Below are positions 14,401-28,164 of a stretch of DNA of 64,000 nucleotides, one piece after another. Source of the stretch: Lama guanicoe (Eukaryota); contig MU057352.1 of assembly GCA_013239625.1 (NCBI GenBank), positions 32,247,277-32,311,276 of the forward strand, given 5' to 3'. Made by a program: the position numbers and the translations under genes. The notes under the pieces are model-generated. The model saw only the letters and a program-made list of their open reading frames with translations, searched no databases and was not told the origin of the DNA. The number at the start of each line of letters is the position of its first letter. Position 1 is the first letter of the stretch.

Positions 14401-16529
14401 AGGGACTCATCCGACAGCACCCGCTTGGGGCTTCTCGGAGCTTGGGGTTCCCACCGGCTGGCGCTGATGAGGAGAGGCCAACCCCCCCAAAAACCGCAGT
14501 CAGAGAGCCGGGCCACCCTAACTCTGAGGGACAAGGAGGCTGAGGGGGCAGAGTGTGGGGAGCGTGGGTCCTGTTCCCACCCCTCCCTGCCCCTGGCCCA
14601 CGCGTCCCGTGGGCGGCCGCGAGCAGCTCCGGGCAGCCAGGGTTCTTCAGCTGGGGCGCAGCACACACCTGCCCATCTCGCGCCCCTGCCTCCCGAAAGC
14701 ATCAGTTGGGCCCCGAGCGCTCCCGCCCTGGAAACAGGCTGGTGGTTCGCTGGAGCGATTACATCCTTCAGTCACTCGGCCGCCACACCCCGCCCGGCCG
14801 CGTTCTTCCATCTGCAAGGCACGCGTTTTTGAGAGAGAGCTTGTTTGACGTCTGGGCGGTTTGTTTGGTTTAATTTTGTTGTTTCCCCTCTCTGCTGTCA
14901 AGAGGTAAACAGACACACTGCTTGCCTCCCAGGGAGGGCAGACTAATCACACGTTGGCAGCAGGGGGAGGGGGCCGGCCAGCACCGGGGCACCGGGGTTT
15001 TCATCCAGGCTGGGCCGCCGACTGGCTGTGTGACCCAGACCAACTCTCTGAGCCTCTCCGGGCCTCTTCCCCTCATGTACAAATTGGGGCTGGGACCCTG
15101 TCCAACCCTGAAGTCCGACGTGCTGCTGGGTCACAGTGCCCAGCGCCAGAAGGGGCGCCTGCACGTGCTGGGCTTCCGAAAGGCAGTCACCCACACAGTT
15201 TCTTAACCCCCCAGCCCTGGGGAAGGGGACATTCCTAGACAGGAAAAGTGTGGCTCAGAGACAGCACGTAACTTCAGCAAAGTCTCACAGCAAGTTCTAA
15301 CGCACCCAGGACTCAGGCTGGAACGTTTCCAAGCTCCTTCCCCGGCCGGGAGCTAGTCAGGACCAGACAGCCCTGTGAGGCACCGTGTTTGCTTACTGCC
15401 ATCACTGCTGTCAACTCTCCCACGTGCAACACTTTGAAAGCAGCCCCGGGGGGTGACCTCAGCACTGAGTCCCCATCCTGGCTCCTCCTTGCACTGGGGG
15501 TCCCCCAACCACCCCACACTTCGGCCGTTTCATCTGCACGGACACTTACTGCCCTGCCCCTGACGTGTGGGCACTCAGGGCTGGGGTGCAGGCCCCTTCC
15601 ATCCTGCCCTGCGCCCTCCCACCCTGATCCCTTCTGCAGACAAGGAGCCGGACCAGATGCAGCCCCTCCCAGGGCAGGTGGGGTTTTAGGGGGACTGGAC
15701 AGTCAGGCAGTGCTGACTCTGGAGGAGCAGCCTCGGTGGAAGCCGGACAACTGGGCGCCCGCCCAACCACTACCGGCTATGACCTTGCTCGTGTGACGGG
15801 CCAGGGATGGCAGCAGTGACATGAGCAACAGGGATGGTAACCGGACAGGCGGCAAGGGAGGGAGGGGTCTCAGGTCCGGCCACCCTTCATTCGTGTGGCC
15901 TCCAGTCTCCTTCAGATCTGAGGCCGGACCAGGGCAGTGGGGCGGCAACAAGACCTGAGCCTTTTCCTGAATCAGAAACCAGTCTCATGCAGATAGCCCT
16001 GGCTCCCCGCTGAGCGGGCTAGAAAACGGTCTCTCCCCTTCTCTCTTGGCAGAAAGCACACAGTGGGTCCCAGGCCTGTGGCCCTGGCAGCGCGGAGGTT
16101 TTTCAATGAAACCAATCTCTGTATCTGTGTGCAGAAGGCAGGGCTCAGCCAGCCGGATTCCGCTGATTCCAAGCCTCAGGGCTGCAGCTGGTTTCCCAAC
16201 ACCCTGTGTGTTGTGCGTCCTGGCCCAGAGGCCCTCTCCTTCATCCCGGCCTTTCCCCGGCCCACAGTGAGAAGCTGCCCTGCCCAGCCAAGCCCACCAC
16301 CCTTCTCCAGACTGCCTTCACCAGCTCGAGGCGACAGACAGACCAAATAACCCCTAAGCTTCCAGAGAGCTCAGAATCCCGGTACTGTGCACCATGGGTG
16401 GGGTGGGGCTGTCCTGTGGGACCCTCTGCACCACTCTCCTCAGGCTCCTCCCACTGCCGGTCCTTCCAGTAGAACATCTGCCTTTTCCTGACTTCCTGGC
16501 TCCATCAGAAACTCTGGGTTGCACAGGAA

Positions 16530-16650
16530 AGCCTGGGCATCAGAGACCTGGGTTCAAATCCTGGCTCCGCCCCTTGCCAGCGGCAGGATTAGGGGTAAGT
16601 AAGTGCTAGCCTTTCTTGAGTTTCAGTCTGGCATCCACAAAATGGGCAGA
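16530..16650 (+). mobile_element. MIR SINE fragment
   Basis: 'gacctgggttcaaatcctggctcc...gagtttcagt...caaaatggg'. Confidence 0.65.
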
Positions 16651-17351
16651 CAATGTCACGAGAGAGGGACAGGGGACCAGCCGCACTCTGGGGCTCTGGG
16701 TGCCATAGCTCTGTGCCCCCCGCCCTCCGTCACCCGCACTGCCCCCTGGGGAGTTCCGAGATCACGAGCGGGCCCTCTGGCAGGTCCTGGACACTCACCG
16801 TCCACTCAGCCCTGTGCCGATTGGAAGGATGGCAAGGAGAGGCAGGCTTGTGCCCCACCTGCCACAGGGGGAGCTGGAGGCCAGGCCCCAAGGCGGTGGG
16901 AGGGGCTCTGCTGTAAAGAGCAAGGTGTGGAACCCTGCGGGGCTGCTGTTCAACTGGAAGACAGAGTGCGGCCCTGTGGGGTGGGAGGGCGAGGCCACAG
17001 GGGGATGGAGGCTCCTCAAGAGCCCAGACCACGCCTCATCCTCCCGGGGCTCCCCACTTCCACGTGCCTGGTCGCGCAGGGCCTCCAGGAAGGAAGGTCC
17101 GGAGACCAATGCCCGAGGCAGGCACACTGTCAGTACTGCCGGGAGGGGGGCCAGCGGAGGGTGTGTGGAACCTGGAGCTCTTAGGGACCCAGGCTTCCAG
17201 TGGTTGGAGGGTAAAGAAACAAGTTAGGACATTGGCCCCACCCTGGGAAGACCTCTGAAGAAGACCTGAGGATCTCAAAGACAGAGATAATTTTTCTTCT
17301 CTATTCTCCCAGGGCCTTGTACCACCATGCCTGTTACGGGGAACTCACTCT

Positions 17352-17652
17352 TCCCACCATGATCACCACNNNNNNNNNNNNNNNNNNNNNNNNNNNNNNN
17401 NNNNNNNNNNNNNNNNNNNNNNNNNNNNNNNNNNNNNNNNNNNNNNNNNNNNNNNNNNNNNNNNNNNNNNNNNNNNNNNNNNNNNNNNNNNNNNNNNNNN
17501 NNNNNNNNNNNNNNNNNNNNNNNNNNNNNNNNNNNNNNNACCATCGGCACCATCAGCACCATCACCACCACCACCATCACCATCAGCACCATCACCACCA
17601 TCACCTTCAGCACCATCAGCACCGTCACCATCAGCACCATCACCACCATCAG
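17352..17652. repeat. (CAC/CAT/CAG)n imperfect trinucleotide repeat spanning the gap
   Basis: caccatcagcaccatcaccaccac units after the gap; a short caccatgatcaccac before it. Confidence 0.9.
17370..17539. other. Assembly gap (170 N)
   Basis: Run of n characters flanked by CAC/CAT repeat. Confidence 1.
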
Positions 17653-17659
17653 AACCAGT

Positions 17660-17825
17660 CACTGTGCTAAGTGCTTCCCATGCAACCCTCTGAGGTGTCA
17701 CTGTTATGTATTTCACAGAAAGGGAAGTGAGGAGCAGAGATAAAGCAAAGTGCTCAGTCACACACAGCAGTCACTGGCGGAGCTGGGATTAGAACCCAGT
17801 CTGTCTGACTCCAGGGACCGTCCTC
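17660..17825 (-). mobile_element. MIR SINE
   Basis: 'tgtgctaagtgct...tttcacagaaagggaagtgagg...ggagctgggattagaacccagtctgtctgactcca' is the reverse MIR core. Confidence 0.75.
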
Positions 17826-20800
17826 ATCTGTTAAATAAACAGCAGTGACCTCCCCTACTCAGCACAGCTTCTGAAGAAGCGGATTTTTGCTGTGAATGAA
17901 GACAAGATGCTGGGCTGACTCTGGTCCCCCAGAACACTGTTTCTCTGGGCTGCTCACTGGTACTGGAAGGAAAACAGGTTCATTTGCATGCAATTTGCAT
18001 ACAGCTGCTGAAAATGAGCCCAAATTCCCTACCACTTCAAAACTGCATTGTTTCTGCCTTGAAAGGGACCTTCCCACGCACACAGCCATCCCCCAGTCAC
18101 CCTGCTTTGGGGTGGTGTCCCCTCGTCACCTCTGGCGGAGGCAGTTCCCTGCTCCCAGCCCAGCCCTCACACGGGGGTGACCCCAGCCAGGGAACCTCCT
18201 TTCTCTGAAGTAGCCAGGGGTTCCTGCAGCTCTCCCAGCAGAAACCTGTGGAGCAGGGCAGGTCGGGAGGATGAGTCCTGCATGGGAGACACGGAGGAGG
18301 GCCACCGCACACGGGCAGGCGCTCTCTGTGAGCCCCGGCACCCTGGACAGCTGGCACGCTCAGTCTTAACATCGGGACTGGGCCAGATGCCAGGTGCTGC
18401 TTCTGGGAGCCTCTCCCACTCCCCTCCTCCAGGCCACTGTCCTCCAGCAGGACCCCCAGCCCACTCTCCCACCTACCTGCCCTTTGCCCAGGGCTCAGGA
18501 ATTCTGGGCAGCTCCCCTGCTGGTACAGTGCTCTGAAGCTCAGCCTGGGACTGCAGCCCAGGACGGGCACCTGGAGGCGGGCCCCACAGGAGCATTCAGG
18601 AGCACTGAGAAGGGGGCCTGAGCTCATTGCAGACCCAGCCTGGGGAGGGGCCCATCTGATCAGTGGCCTGGGTAATTGCGAGGTGCAGCCAGATACCTCT
18701 TCCTCCTCTAGTGGTGGGGTGGACGGCTCGGGCTGGGGGCCTGGCCCTGACATGTTGCCCTGCCTCTGCCCCGTGCCTGGCTCCCTCACCCTGTCAGTCC
18801 TCACCGCCTCCCAGACACGCTCTTCTGCCCACATCGCGACACACCCAGGAAGCGGACCACTCCCAACACTGGCCAGCGGGCAAGCAGGAGCTCAGGTCCA
18901 CACATGCCCGTACACACGCACACAACACACCCATGCACACACAGAAACTTCATGCACAGCAGGGCAACCTGCCCGAGCACACGCATCATGTGCACACGCG
19001 TGCACACGCGCACACTTCATGCGTACACACATGCACATGTGCGTGCGCCTCCCCTGAGGGCCTGCCCAAGCCTGTGCCCCCCGGGCTGTGAGCCGTGCTG
19101 GCTGCGTGTCCTGGGGTCTTGGCTGAGTCTTCACTGTCCGGCCTCACGTGTCCCATCTGCACCGGGGGACATTCCTCTCACCTCGGGGGCTCGAGGCCCC
19201 CGCGGAGGGCAGCGCTTCTGTGTAAGGCGGCCCTATCACCCCTGGCGCCAGGTCCCCTCCCTTCCTTGGGGGCCTTTCCAGATCCATCTGGGCCATGTTG
19301 CTTTATCCTCCGCCCTGGTCTGGTCCACGGGGCTGGCATTTAATTACCCACTTCTGTGGCAGTCTCTCCCGGGCCTCAAGGACACCCTGACCCTGGTCTA
19401 TAAACAGGCAGGTGTGCCAGGCAGCTGGCCGCCCCAGCTGCCCCCTTGTCCGGCCACCAGCACCCGGCTGGACCCCCACGCCCACCGTGAGCCCCATGTG
19501 CTCGAACAGCACAGCGTGAAGAACCCAGGAGGGGCCAGCAGACAGGGCTGCCGCCCGCTCCCAGGGGTGGGCCTTTCTCCCTCTCAGCACAGGCCTCTTC
19601 CCAGGTCAAGGAAGGGCAATGAGGCCTCTGCTGGGAGGGCCGGGGCGCGCGGGTCTACAACCCTTTCCTCACTCAGCCTCAGTAGGAGCAGCCCGCAGGA
19701 GCTCAGGGCTGTGCTCTGCCTGCCTGGGGCCCCGGGGCAGCTCCGGCACAGCCCCACCGGGTCTGCTCTCCCCACCAGCCAGAGAGCAGGCATGTTGTCC
19801 CCCGTCGCCCAGGCTTAGCCCAGGGGGCAGCCCACAGAGTCACGCTGAGGCTGGACCTCAGCTGCACCGGCTCCAAGCAAGATCCCCTGATCTGAAGCTG
19901 CTCCAAGTAGCCAAGGACACTGGGGCAGGTGGGGCGCCAAGCGGGGTGCAGGGACCCCAGTCCCTCTGTCACACACCTGTGATCCCTGCCGTCTAAGCTC
20001 GGGGCAGAGAGGAGGCCCGCTGTTCAGCCACCGGGACACGGCAAGCCCTGCGTATGTTAACTGAGCGGATTAACTTAAACCTCTGCCCAGGGTGGTTTTC
20101 CTGCTGACATCCGCTCCGAGCAGCACTGGCGGAGCACGAGGGCTGCAGTGGGCAGGAAAGGGCACGGCCTGGGGCCCGGGGCTGGGGCCCGAGTGCACAC
20201 AGGGTCACCCTCCCCGCCCCACCACGTCCCACCAGCTGTCCCTCATGGCGCCCGCAACCCAATTCCCATTTACATTTCTCAGCAGATGGTGGGGAGAATC
20301 TATAACAATCTGATAGTGAAAATGAGATTCTCCGGTGTTCTCTGTACCGGGGACTCCGCTCACTCAGGCCTCAGCAAATCCAATTGCTGCTCATTTACCC
20401 AGCTCGGCTCCAAATTAAAAGGCAGCCTCCCCTCCCCCACAAGCAGGTTCCAACATGGCCCCAGTATGGCCGGGACAGCAGGCCCCATGGCCCAAGCAGC
20501 CTGGGGTGCGGCCTCTCATGATTAAAACACCCTGTCACTGAGAACGTGGCTGAGGACTCTGACTAGAGAGCCCCACAGCCTGGCGGGGCTGGGCCAGAGC
20601 CACCAGCTGGGCACTTAGCTAGTCCAGCCCTTTGCTGGACTCGGATGAGCTCAGAAGCGCAAGCTCCTCAGACCGTCTGACCCTGGGCCCGGCCCTGCTG
20701 GAGACCTTCCTTCTTTCCGCAGCTCCGAACCTCCCCTGCCCAGGGGACCGAGCCCCAGTCTTGCGTCCCGGGCGCTTCCGGCGTCCCAGCCTCACCAGCG

Positions 20801-21399
20801 CCCGGGCAGAGCTGTGCAGGGGCACAGAGCCGTCCAGGGTGTGCTTCCAGAGCACGTACTGCACGCTGCGGGCCCGGCCCTGTGGAGGCAGACGTGTCCA
20901 GGAAGACAGGTACTAACGGGGCGCGCGGGCAGGTGCGGAGGGGGCTCAGAGCGGTCAGGGAATCCTCTCTGATGAGCACATACCTGAGTAAAGACCTCGG
21001 GGGAAGGAGCAGATGGGATGCAAACAGGATGCAGGAAACGGGGAGGAAAGGAAGCCGGCCTTGGCGGAGCACGTGAGTGGCCCGCGTGGGCACCCACTGC
21101 TTTCTGCTGCCTCTTGAAGACGACTGTACAGTCCCCTCCATCCAGGGTGTGCCTGCGCGAAAGGGTCTGGACGAGCCCAGCCTGCGCCTGCAAAGCTCAG
21201 CGTCCTCCTCATCCCCCCGGCAGCTCCATGGGGGGGAGGGGCATTATTTCCCCCAAAGCCAGTGGTTTTCCGGGCTTCCTGCTAAACCACCAGCTCCCAA
21301 AGGCCACGGGTCTCAGCATGGCTCGCTCGCACTGCGCTAGGGTTACCACCTCTGTGTCCAAGAGACCGAGGGACCGTGATGTCCCCTTCCCACACGTCG

Positions 21400-24300
21400 T
21401 CTGATTTTACCTTGAATTACGCGTTTAGGAACGCCCCCCTTCTCTGGTCTACAGGGGGGCTTGTACAAGACTGGCTTTCTTGCCTGAACGTTGGGCAGAA
21501 CACACTTAAAAGAACAACAGGGCTCAGTGTTTCTACGGTGGAAGGGTCTGCCCTACCGACGCAGTTCCTTCCGTGGTCGCAGAACCACTGACCTGTTCAG
21601 TCCTCAGTCAACGCTGGCAAATTGTACTTTTCTAGGAATCTGTCCATTTTTTTTCTAAGTTTCCCAACTTGTTGGCATAAGATGGTTCACAGAATTCTCT
21701 TATTATTTGGGAATTTCTGCTCTTTCACTGCTGAATCCATCTTGCTAACGGTTAGTCTGCTTTCATGGTCTTTCCACAGAACCAGCTCTTGCTTCATGCA
21801 GACGCTGTTGTAACTTAATCAATTCTGCTTTGTCTCTATAATCCTCTTCCTTCTAATTTCTCAGGGTTTATTCTATCATCCTTTTGCTTTTAATTAATGT
21901 CTTTTTAATATCTTAATTCATTAATTTCCAGCCTTTCTTCTTTTGTTGTATAAGCATTTAAGGCTGTTAATTTCCTTTGAAGTACCCCACAGATTTTGAT
22001 ATGCAGCATTTTCATTATTATTCGATCATGTCTTTTTTGCATAGCCATTAATGATTTCTTCTTCGACCTCTGAGTTATTTAGAACAGCTTTTAAATTTCC
22101 TGACACACAAGGAATTTTTTCTTTTTGTGCCATTGATACCTAATGATGGCATTTTCCTAATGGCATGTTCTAGTAGCTGCAGCTTCTTACAAATTCCTGA
22201 TTCTCTGAAGTCTGGCGACACTTGCTTCACGACCTAATACGCAATCAAAGTCTGTAGCCGTCCCAGGTGTCCTGGAGAAGATGGTGTCCTTCACGTGCTC
22301 AGCGCAGGGTTCCGTTTTGCTGTCCAGCAAGTCAGGTGCTGATGTTTACTGAGTCTGCGCTGCCTTCATGAATTCCTTACCTGTGTGCCCTGCGCTGAAA
22401 CCTCCCGCTACGGTGACGGAGCGCCCCTGCGGGTGGGAGGTTTATTTATGTGTTGACGTAGAGCTCTCTCATTGGGTGTGTACAGATTGAGGATTTTCCA
22501 TCTTCCTGATGAGCTGAACCGGTCACGAAGTAATTCTTGTTATCCTAGTGTATGTTCTTGTATGATTAATACTGGTTTTATATGTATATGTATAATTTGT
22601 CTTACTGTCCATCTTGTGCACAGCTGGCCTTGCTGGCCACGCCCTCTCACAGACTCTCTGACTCGAACTTCTGTCTTTACACCTTCACGCTCACCTTCTC
22701 CACGTCCTTCTGTTTCACCGAATGTCTTGTAAACGGCAAAGGGAGGTTTTTTCTTGCAGCCTGACGGCCCCTGACGTTTAAGGGGCTCTTTCAATCCGTC
22801 CACGTTGATTCGCGTACTAGACAGGATTCCGGAGGTTTGCCTCGGTTTTCTGCTGGTCCTAGTTTTTCCTTCTACATTATTTTAGTGTCTCTCTCTCCCT
22901 TTCCTTTTCCTTTTGCTCAGTAAGGGCTTCTGTTGGTTTCCTCATGCTCCTGTCCCACTCTTCCTGGTCTGGAAGTCACAGAGGTCACTGCCGCCTTCTG
23001 TTTCACTGTGTTTTCCACTGGAGCCTCGTGCGTGCGTGTAGGTCGTGATAAGTCATCACACAGGCAGGTCTGTGTGCTCACCCTGGCGATCAGACACAGA
23101 GTGGGCCCAGCACTTCAGGGGTCCTTCCTGCTGCCCTGGGGTTGCATCCTCCCAGCCCACCCCCCAAGCCCTGTTTCCATCTCCACCATCATGTGCCTTA
23201 GAGGATGTCGCACCCGTGGAATCACACAGCATGGGACCTGCGAGACAGGCTTCACACTGAGCAGAAATGCCCTCAGAACCTTCCACGCTGTTCGTCCGTT
23301 TTGTTGCTGAGTAGTAAGCATTTCATGATGTGGACACACCATAGTTTACCCCCAGAAGACATCTGGATTATTTCTGACTTGCGCTGTTACAAATAAAGAT
23401 ACCCTGAACATTTGTGCACAGGTGTTTGTGTAAACACAACTGTTTATTTCTCTAGGGTAAATGCACAGGAGTGTGACTGCTGAGAAATATGGCTGGTGCA
23501 GAGTTAGTTTTTTAAGAAACCACCGAAGTGTCTTCAGAGTAGCTGCACCACTTTGCATCCCTGCCAGCAGTATGTGAACGGCCCGCTTTATCTGTGTCGT
23601 TGTAGCTCTTATTTCAGCCATTCGAGCAGGTGTGCGGTTGCCTCTCATTATGGTTTTAATTGGCATTTCTCTAATGGCTTTTAAGATACTTATTTGCTAT
23701 TCATATACCTTCTTCGGTGAAAGGTCTGCTCAAATCTTTTGCCAAATTTCTAATTGCAATGTTTGTTTTCTTTTTTGTTGGATTTAGAGAGCTCTTTATA
23801 TATTCAGGATACAAGTCCTCTGTCAGACACAGGATATATAAACATTTTCTCCCCATGAGTAGCTTATCTTTTTATCCTCATTTGCAGAGCATGAGTTTTT
23901 AATTTTGATGAAGGAACCCTCGAGTTTTTACCATACATAGTTATAAACAGATGCCAAAATTTATGAGTATTTCATTTCCCTGCAAATAATGAGCTCAGAG
24001 TAATTTAATCACTCTTTGCAACTAATAGACTATCATTGTCCAGTTGTTCTCGCCTTTCTACAAACTGAACGTCACAAGTTACAGTCACAGTCATTGTTCA
24101 ATATGGAATGATTATCTCACACAGTCATTTGCTGGATTTGTCTCCCATCTACCTGTTCCTTGAGCGCTACACTGCAGACCTGGCTTTGAGGATTATTCTC
24201 CACCCCGAGTCCATCCTTCAGAAGCTCCTTTAGTGAAAGTCTCTTGGTGGCAACCCGCCAAGCTTTCACTTGTATAAAAACGTCTGTATTTTGTCTTAGC

Positions 24301-24800
24301 TCTTGAGATGGTTTTGCTGGGGGTCAACTGCAGGGTGACAGTTCCTCTCTCTCGCCCTTGGTATCTCTGACCATTTCCTGGCATCCACTGCTGCTGCTGG
24401 GACTGAGCTGGGAGCAGGGCTGTCACCCTCCCTCCCCCAGGGCCCAGGTTTCCCGGGATGCACGTCGCTGCTCCGTGTCAGCCCTGCCTCCCAGGCCAGG
24501 CGGGACCTCCTCACGCGCTGCCTGGGACTCCACTCAGACCTGCGAGGATTTCTGACTCTATTCCCCCTACCTCTTCACTGCTGTCCCTGTCTCCACTTTC
24601 TCACCTCCCCACAGCACTGTAATGTCTTCAGATACACCTCCTACCCTGCTGCCTCTCACGTCACCTGTGACCAAGTGTGTGCCTGGCCCTCCATGGAGTT
24701 CCATCACTGATCTTTTCCAGACACACTGGGTCACTTTTGATCATCTCTTATTATTACTAATTTCTGTGATTTCATCTTATTCTAAAAGTATTTCTTAGAA
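21400..24800 (-). mobile_element. Cluster of degenerate antisense LINE-1 fragments (ORF2 and L1MB/ME-like 3' end)
   Basis: T-rich sequence with L1 antisense motifs, e.g. 'aaggctgttaatttcctttgaagtac' ~21960, 'tttctctagggtaaatgcacaggagtgtgactgctgag' ~23450 and 'ttatggttttaattggcatttctctaatg' ~23650. Confidence 0.78.
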
Positions 24801-24849
24801 ACTCTCTTAGGTGATGCTATCTGGTTAGTTCCTTGGGGGCGGGCATGAG

Positions 24850-25210
24850 TCAGCTGCAGCTGCCATAACAGGCAGCACGGGCCGGGCGGCCCACACGTGG
24901 AGAAGCCTTCTCCCCCGTCCTGGAGGCCCAAGTCCGAGACGGAGGTGTCGGCAGGGCTGGCTCCTCCCGAGGCCTCTCCTGGACAGTGGACCACCATTTG
25001 CTCCCTGCGTCCTCAACGTGCTCGCCCCCCGTGGGAGTCTGCATCCTGATCCCACTGAATCAGGACACCAGTCACGCTGAATGAGAGTTCACCCCAGAGA
25101 CACTTCACCTTAATCACCTCTTTGAAGGCCCCATCGTCAAACAGTCACCTTCTGAAGTCCTGGGGTGAGACTTCCAACACACAAATCTGAGGGGAACAGA
25201 ATTTAGTGGG
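24850..25210 (-). mobile_element. MLT1 (ERVL-MaLR) solo LTR, reverse orientation
   Basis: 'gctgccataaca...ctggaggcccaagtccgaga..gtgtcggcagggctgg' and 'ccttaatcacctctttgaaggcccc..caaacagtcaccttctgaagtcctgggg'. Confidence 0.8.
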
Positions 25211-27584
25211 TGTCGGGCCTCGGGCTGTGGGTTTGTGACTTCTGGGACTGCCGGCTCCCCCCCTGCATCCCACTCAGCGGCCGCCCACTACGGACCGAGT
25301 GGCTGCTAGCTGGGCTTACGTGATGCTTCTTACTCTGCGGGTCCTGCAAAGGCCTACACGACTCTCCCACAGAAAGGACCTCCTGCCGGGACCGGGGGTC
25401 TCAGGGCCAGCCTCCCACTGCAGCGCTCTTGACCAGGGTGGTAAGGCGGGTGGTGTTGAGGGGACAAGCCCGGCTGCTCTGCCTATCCTCTGCAAGCCTG
25501 TAAAGCAGCTAACGTGACGGTTTTTTCCACGTTAAGCTGTTTCCTTGCAGGGGAGCCCCCTGGGCTGCCTGCCCCGCTGTTCACCAAGAGCAGATCTGCC
25601 CGACTCCTTGTCTGCGGCTCCTCCAGGCCAGGGACCTGGTCTTGCTCATCTGGGCTCAGACGGACGAGGCTCTGGCACTTGGTAAGGCAGCTTGATCTTG
25701 GAATCCTGAAACCGGGCCCCAAGCCCACCCCCAGCGCTCTCCACGACCCTGGACATCACTCACCGCTGTCGCCCCAATGCCACCAGCTCTCGGGTCTGCC
25801 ACTGGTACAAGGGTATGGTGGGTGGCCTGGGGTCTCTTCTGGCTCTGATGGAAGGCATCAACCCCCCTCCAGCCTGTCCCTCTGGAACACAGAGGACTTG
25901 TGAGCAACAAGGCAGGCCAGAGAAAGGTGGTCACTGACGCCTTCCAGATGCCCCAAGTAGCACCCTTGACATCGCCCCCCTGGGCCCTTCTGCACACAGG
26001 TCACTGCTGCCCTGCCCCCTCCCCCTAAGCCCTCCCGGGACCCTGTCACTCAGCCTCCACAGGCTCTCCTCACTGCTGCCCTGTCCTGACTCTCACACCG
26101 GAGTCCTCAGAGCCCAGTCCTATGTCCCCTGCCCTCCTGAGGCACACAGCCCCCAGAGCAATGTGGCCCCACACCGCCTTTTGACCCCCAGGCTGCCGGA
26201 GCCCCACTGGGCCCCCGGACCTCGCACAGGACAGCAACTGCCCTCACTACCCTCCCCTTCCCACATCCACCATCCTCCAGTCACCCGGCTCAGACTCTGG
26301 GCAGAGAGCACGGCCGTGCAGTGGCCAGGGAGGAAAGTCCAGCTGGACCCCACTCAAAACTCAGACATCCTCCCCGCCGCCTTACCTCACATGCTCACTG
26401 GGAACCTTCCACCCTCAGAAGCTCTGATTCTGACCGGCTCCTGTTTAAACCAAGAGCACAGCCTCCTTCTTAATGGGTCTCCAGGCCCCTTACCCCACAG
26501 CCAGGAGAAGGAGCTTCCAGAACCCCAGGTCGGCCAGCAGCAGAGCTGACCTCTGCCCTCGCTGCCGCCCCCCGCCCCGAGCTCCCTGGTGCACCCTCGG
26601 CCCAGCGGCCTGACTGCAGGCACCCCATCCCAGTCACGCTCCTGCCCACCCTCCGCACTGGAAGCACAGGACTCTGGCCTCCAAGGGCAAAGGGCGCCGG
26701 GGCTGCGGAGGCAGTCACTCCCCTGCACCCTCCGTTCTCAGCACAGGCCCAGCCCGGAGGAGACCCCCAATAGGTATTACGGAGCCGTCCAGGGTCAGGG
26801 CTCAGAGTGGGACCAGGGTCAGAGGTCAGGGCTCAGCGTGGGACCCCAGTAGGTGCTGACCAGGGTTAGCCTGTAACACAGGAAAGCAGCGTTCACTGCC
26901 GGGAGAGAGGTGAGTGTCCACTGCAGCGGCATCTTTAGTGGACGAGCAGGGTCCATCCCTTCCACCTGGAGCAAAGGCCTAGGAAGACTTCTCAGAGGCG
27001 GCACCGAGACGGACCTGGGCTTTGCTGGGCAGAAGGACAGGCCACCATGGTGAACACATGGTGCCACATGGACCACAGGGGCAAGGAGGCTGGAAGGGAG
27101 CTGGCCGGGCAGCTAATGAGTTCGGGCTTTCTTTTGTGGACAAAGAGTTACTGACAGGCTGCCGGCTCCGCGGTAAACAGCGAAACCAGGAAGCGCCCCT
27201 CTCGCCACGTCAGGCCCACGCTGAGCTCGGCCCCCACGGTGCTGGGCTGCCCCGGGAGCCCTAGACCATCACGCTGCCCAGTTCTTTGGCCTCCCACTTC
27301 TGGAAAAGGCTTTTAACATGAGTTCGGAGAAGGAGGCAGAGGGGAGGCGGAGGCCCAGGGCGAGGAGGACCTCGAGGGCCGCCCGAGCCGTGTGGCTGCA
27401 GGCCTAACGGGGCAGGGTTGGGCTGGCCCCAAGGGACCGTTCAGGGCCAGGAGGCCACAGGCGGGCGGATCTGAAAACCCAGGGAGGGCCCAGGGCTCTG
27501 CGCGGGGCTGAAGGCAGAGGCCCTGCCCACAAGAACAACATGGGTCTGTTTCATCCGCTCGTCAGCATCGCCCTCGTTACCAGC

Positions 27585-27655
27585 ACTGCTTTTTTGTTGT
27601 TATTTTATGCTTATATAAGAAAAATACTTTTTTGAAGAAAATCAACAGGTACAAA
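27585..27655 (-). terminator. Candidate polyadenylation region for the nested gene's terminal exon
   Basis: AT-rich island about 550 nt after the stop, with TGTA (27650-27653) upstream of a variant CATAAA hexamer (27604-27609) on the minus strand. No canonical AATAAA. Confidence 0.35.
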
Positions 27656-28164
27656 ACGGCATCCTGCCCTGTCCACTACCAAGGAGCAGGCGCACACGCG
27701 TGTGGGTGTGTGTCCAACTGCAGATACAAAACCAAGAGCCATGACTCCAGCCCAGCCCCCGAGTCCATACACCCATGGAGAAGGAGAGGCTTCCAGGAGT
27801 CACTTCGGGGCACACGCTGGGGCCCAGCCAGCCACATTTCCAGGGTCCCAGCACCCAAGGCAGACGTTTGGGGGTGCTGCACCCCACGTGCATCTTCCCG
27901 CAGCAACACTAGCGGGCATCTGCGGAGTGGGCCGTGCTCTGTGCTCCAGGGCGCTCGCCCCGCGGGTCAGAGAGCAGCCCAGGAGTAGAGGTGCGCTCTG
28001 CCCTGTCCAACCCACCATCCCTGCTGTCCGAGCAGACTTCGGCCCGGGCCCCCACACGCTGGCTCTCAGAGGCCCTTCCACGCGCGTGTAGTGAGCCCCA
28101 CAGACAGGGGCAGCATTGGAAGGGGCTGTCCTGTGTCCTCTCTGGCTGCATGGAGGTGCAGACT

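Noticed and set aside
17275-17761. Poly-His, poly-Val/Met and Gly-Asp ORFs
   Set aside because: They are translations of a CAC/CAT simple repeat across an N gap.
18904-19818. 304-aa ORF, the longest in the track
   Set aside because: It starts in a CA/TG-rich low-complexity tract, has a Pro/Ala/Gly/Arg-biased random composition and contains no recognisable domain.
25660-25712. Possible TSNARE1 terminal transmembrane exon (minus-strand 'KIK' after an AG)
   Set aside because: No hydrophobic transmembrane segment follows. The real terminal exon was not found and probably lies beyond position 1.
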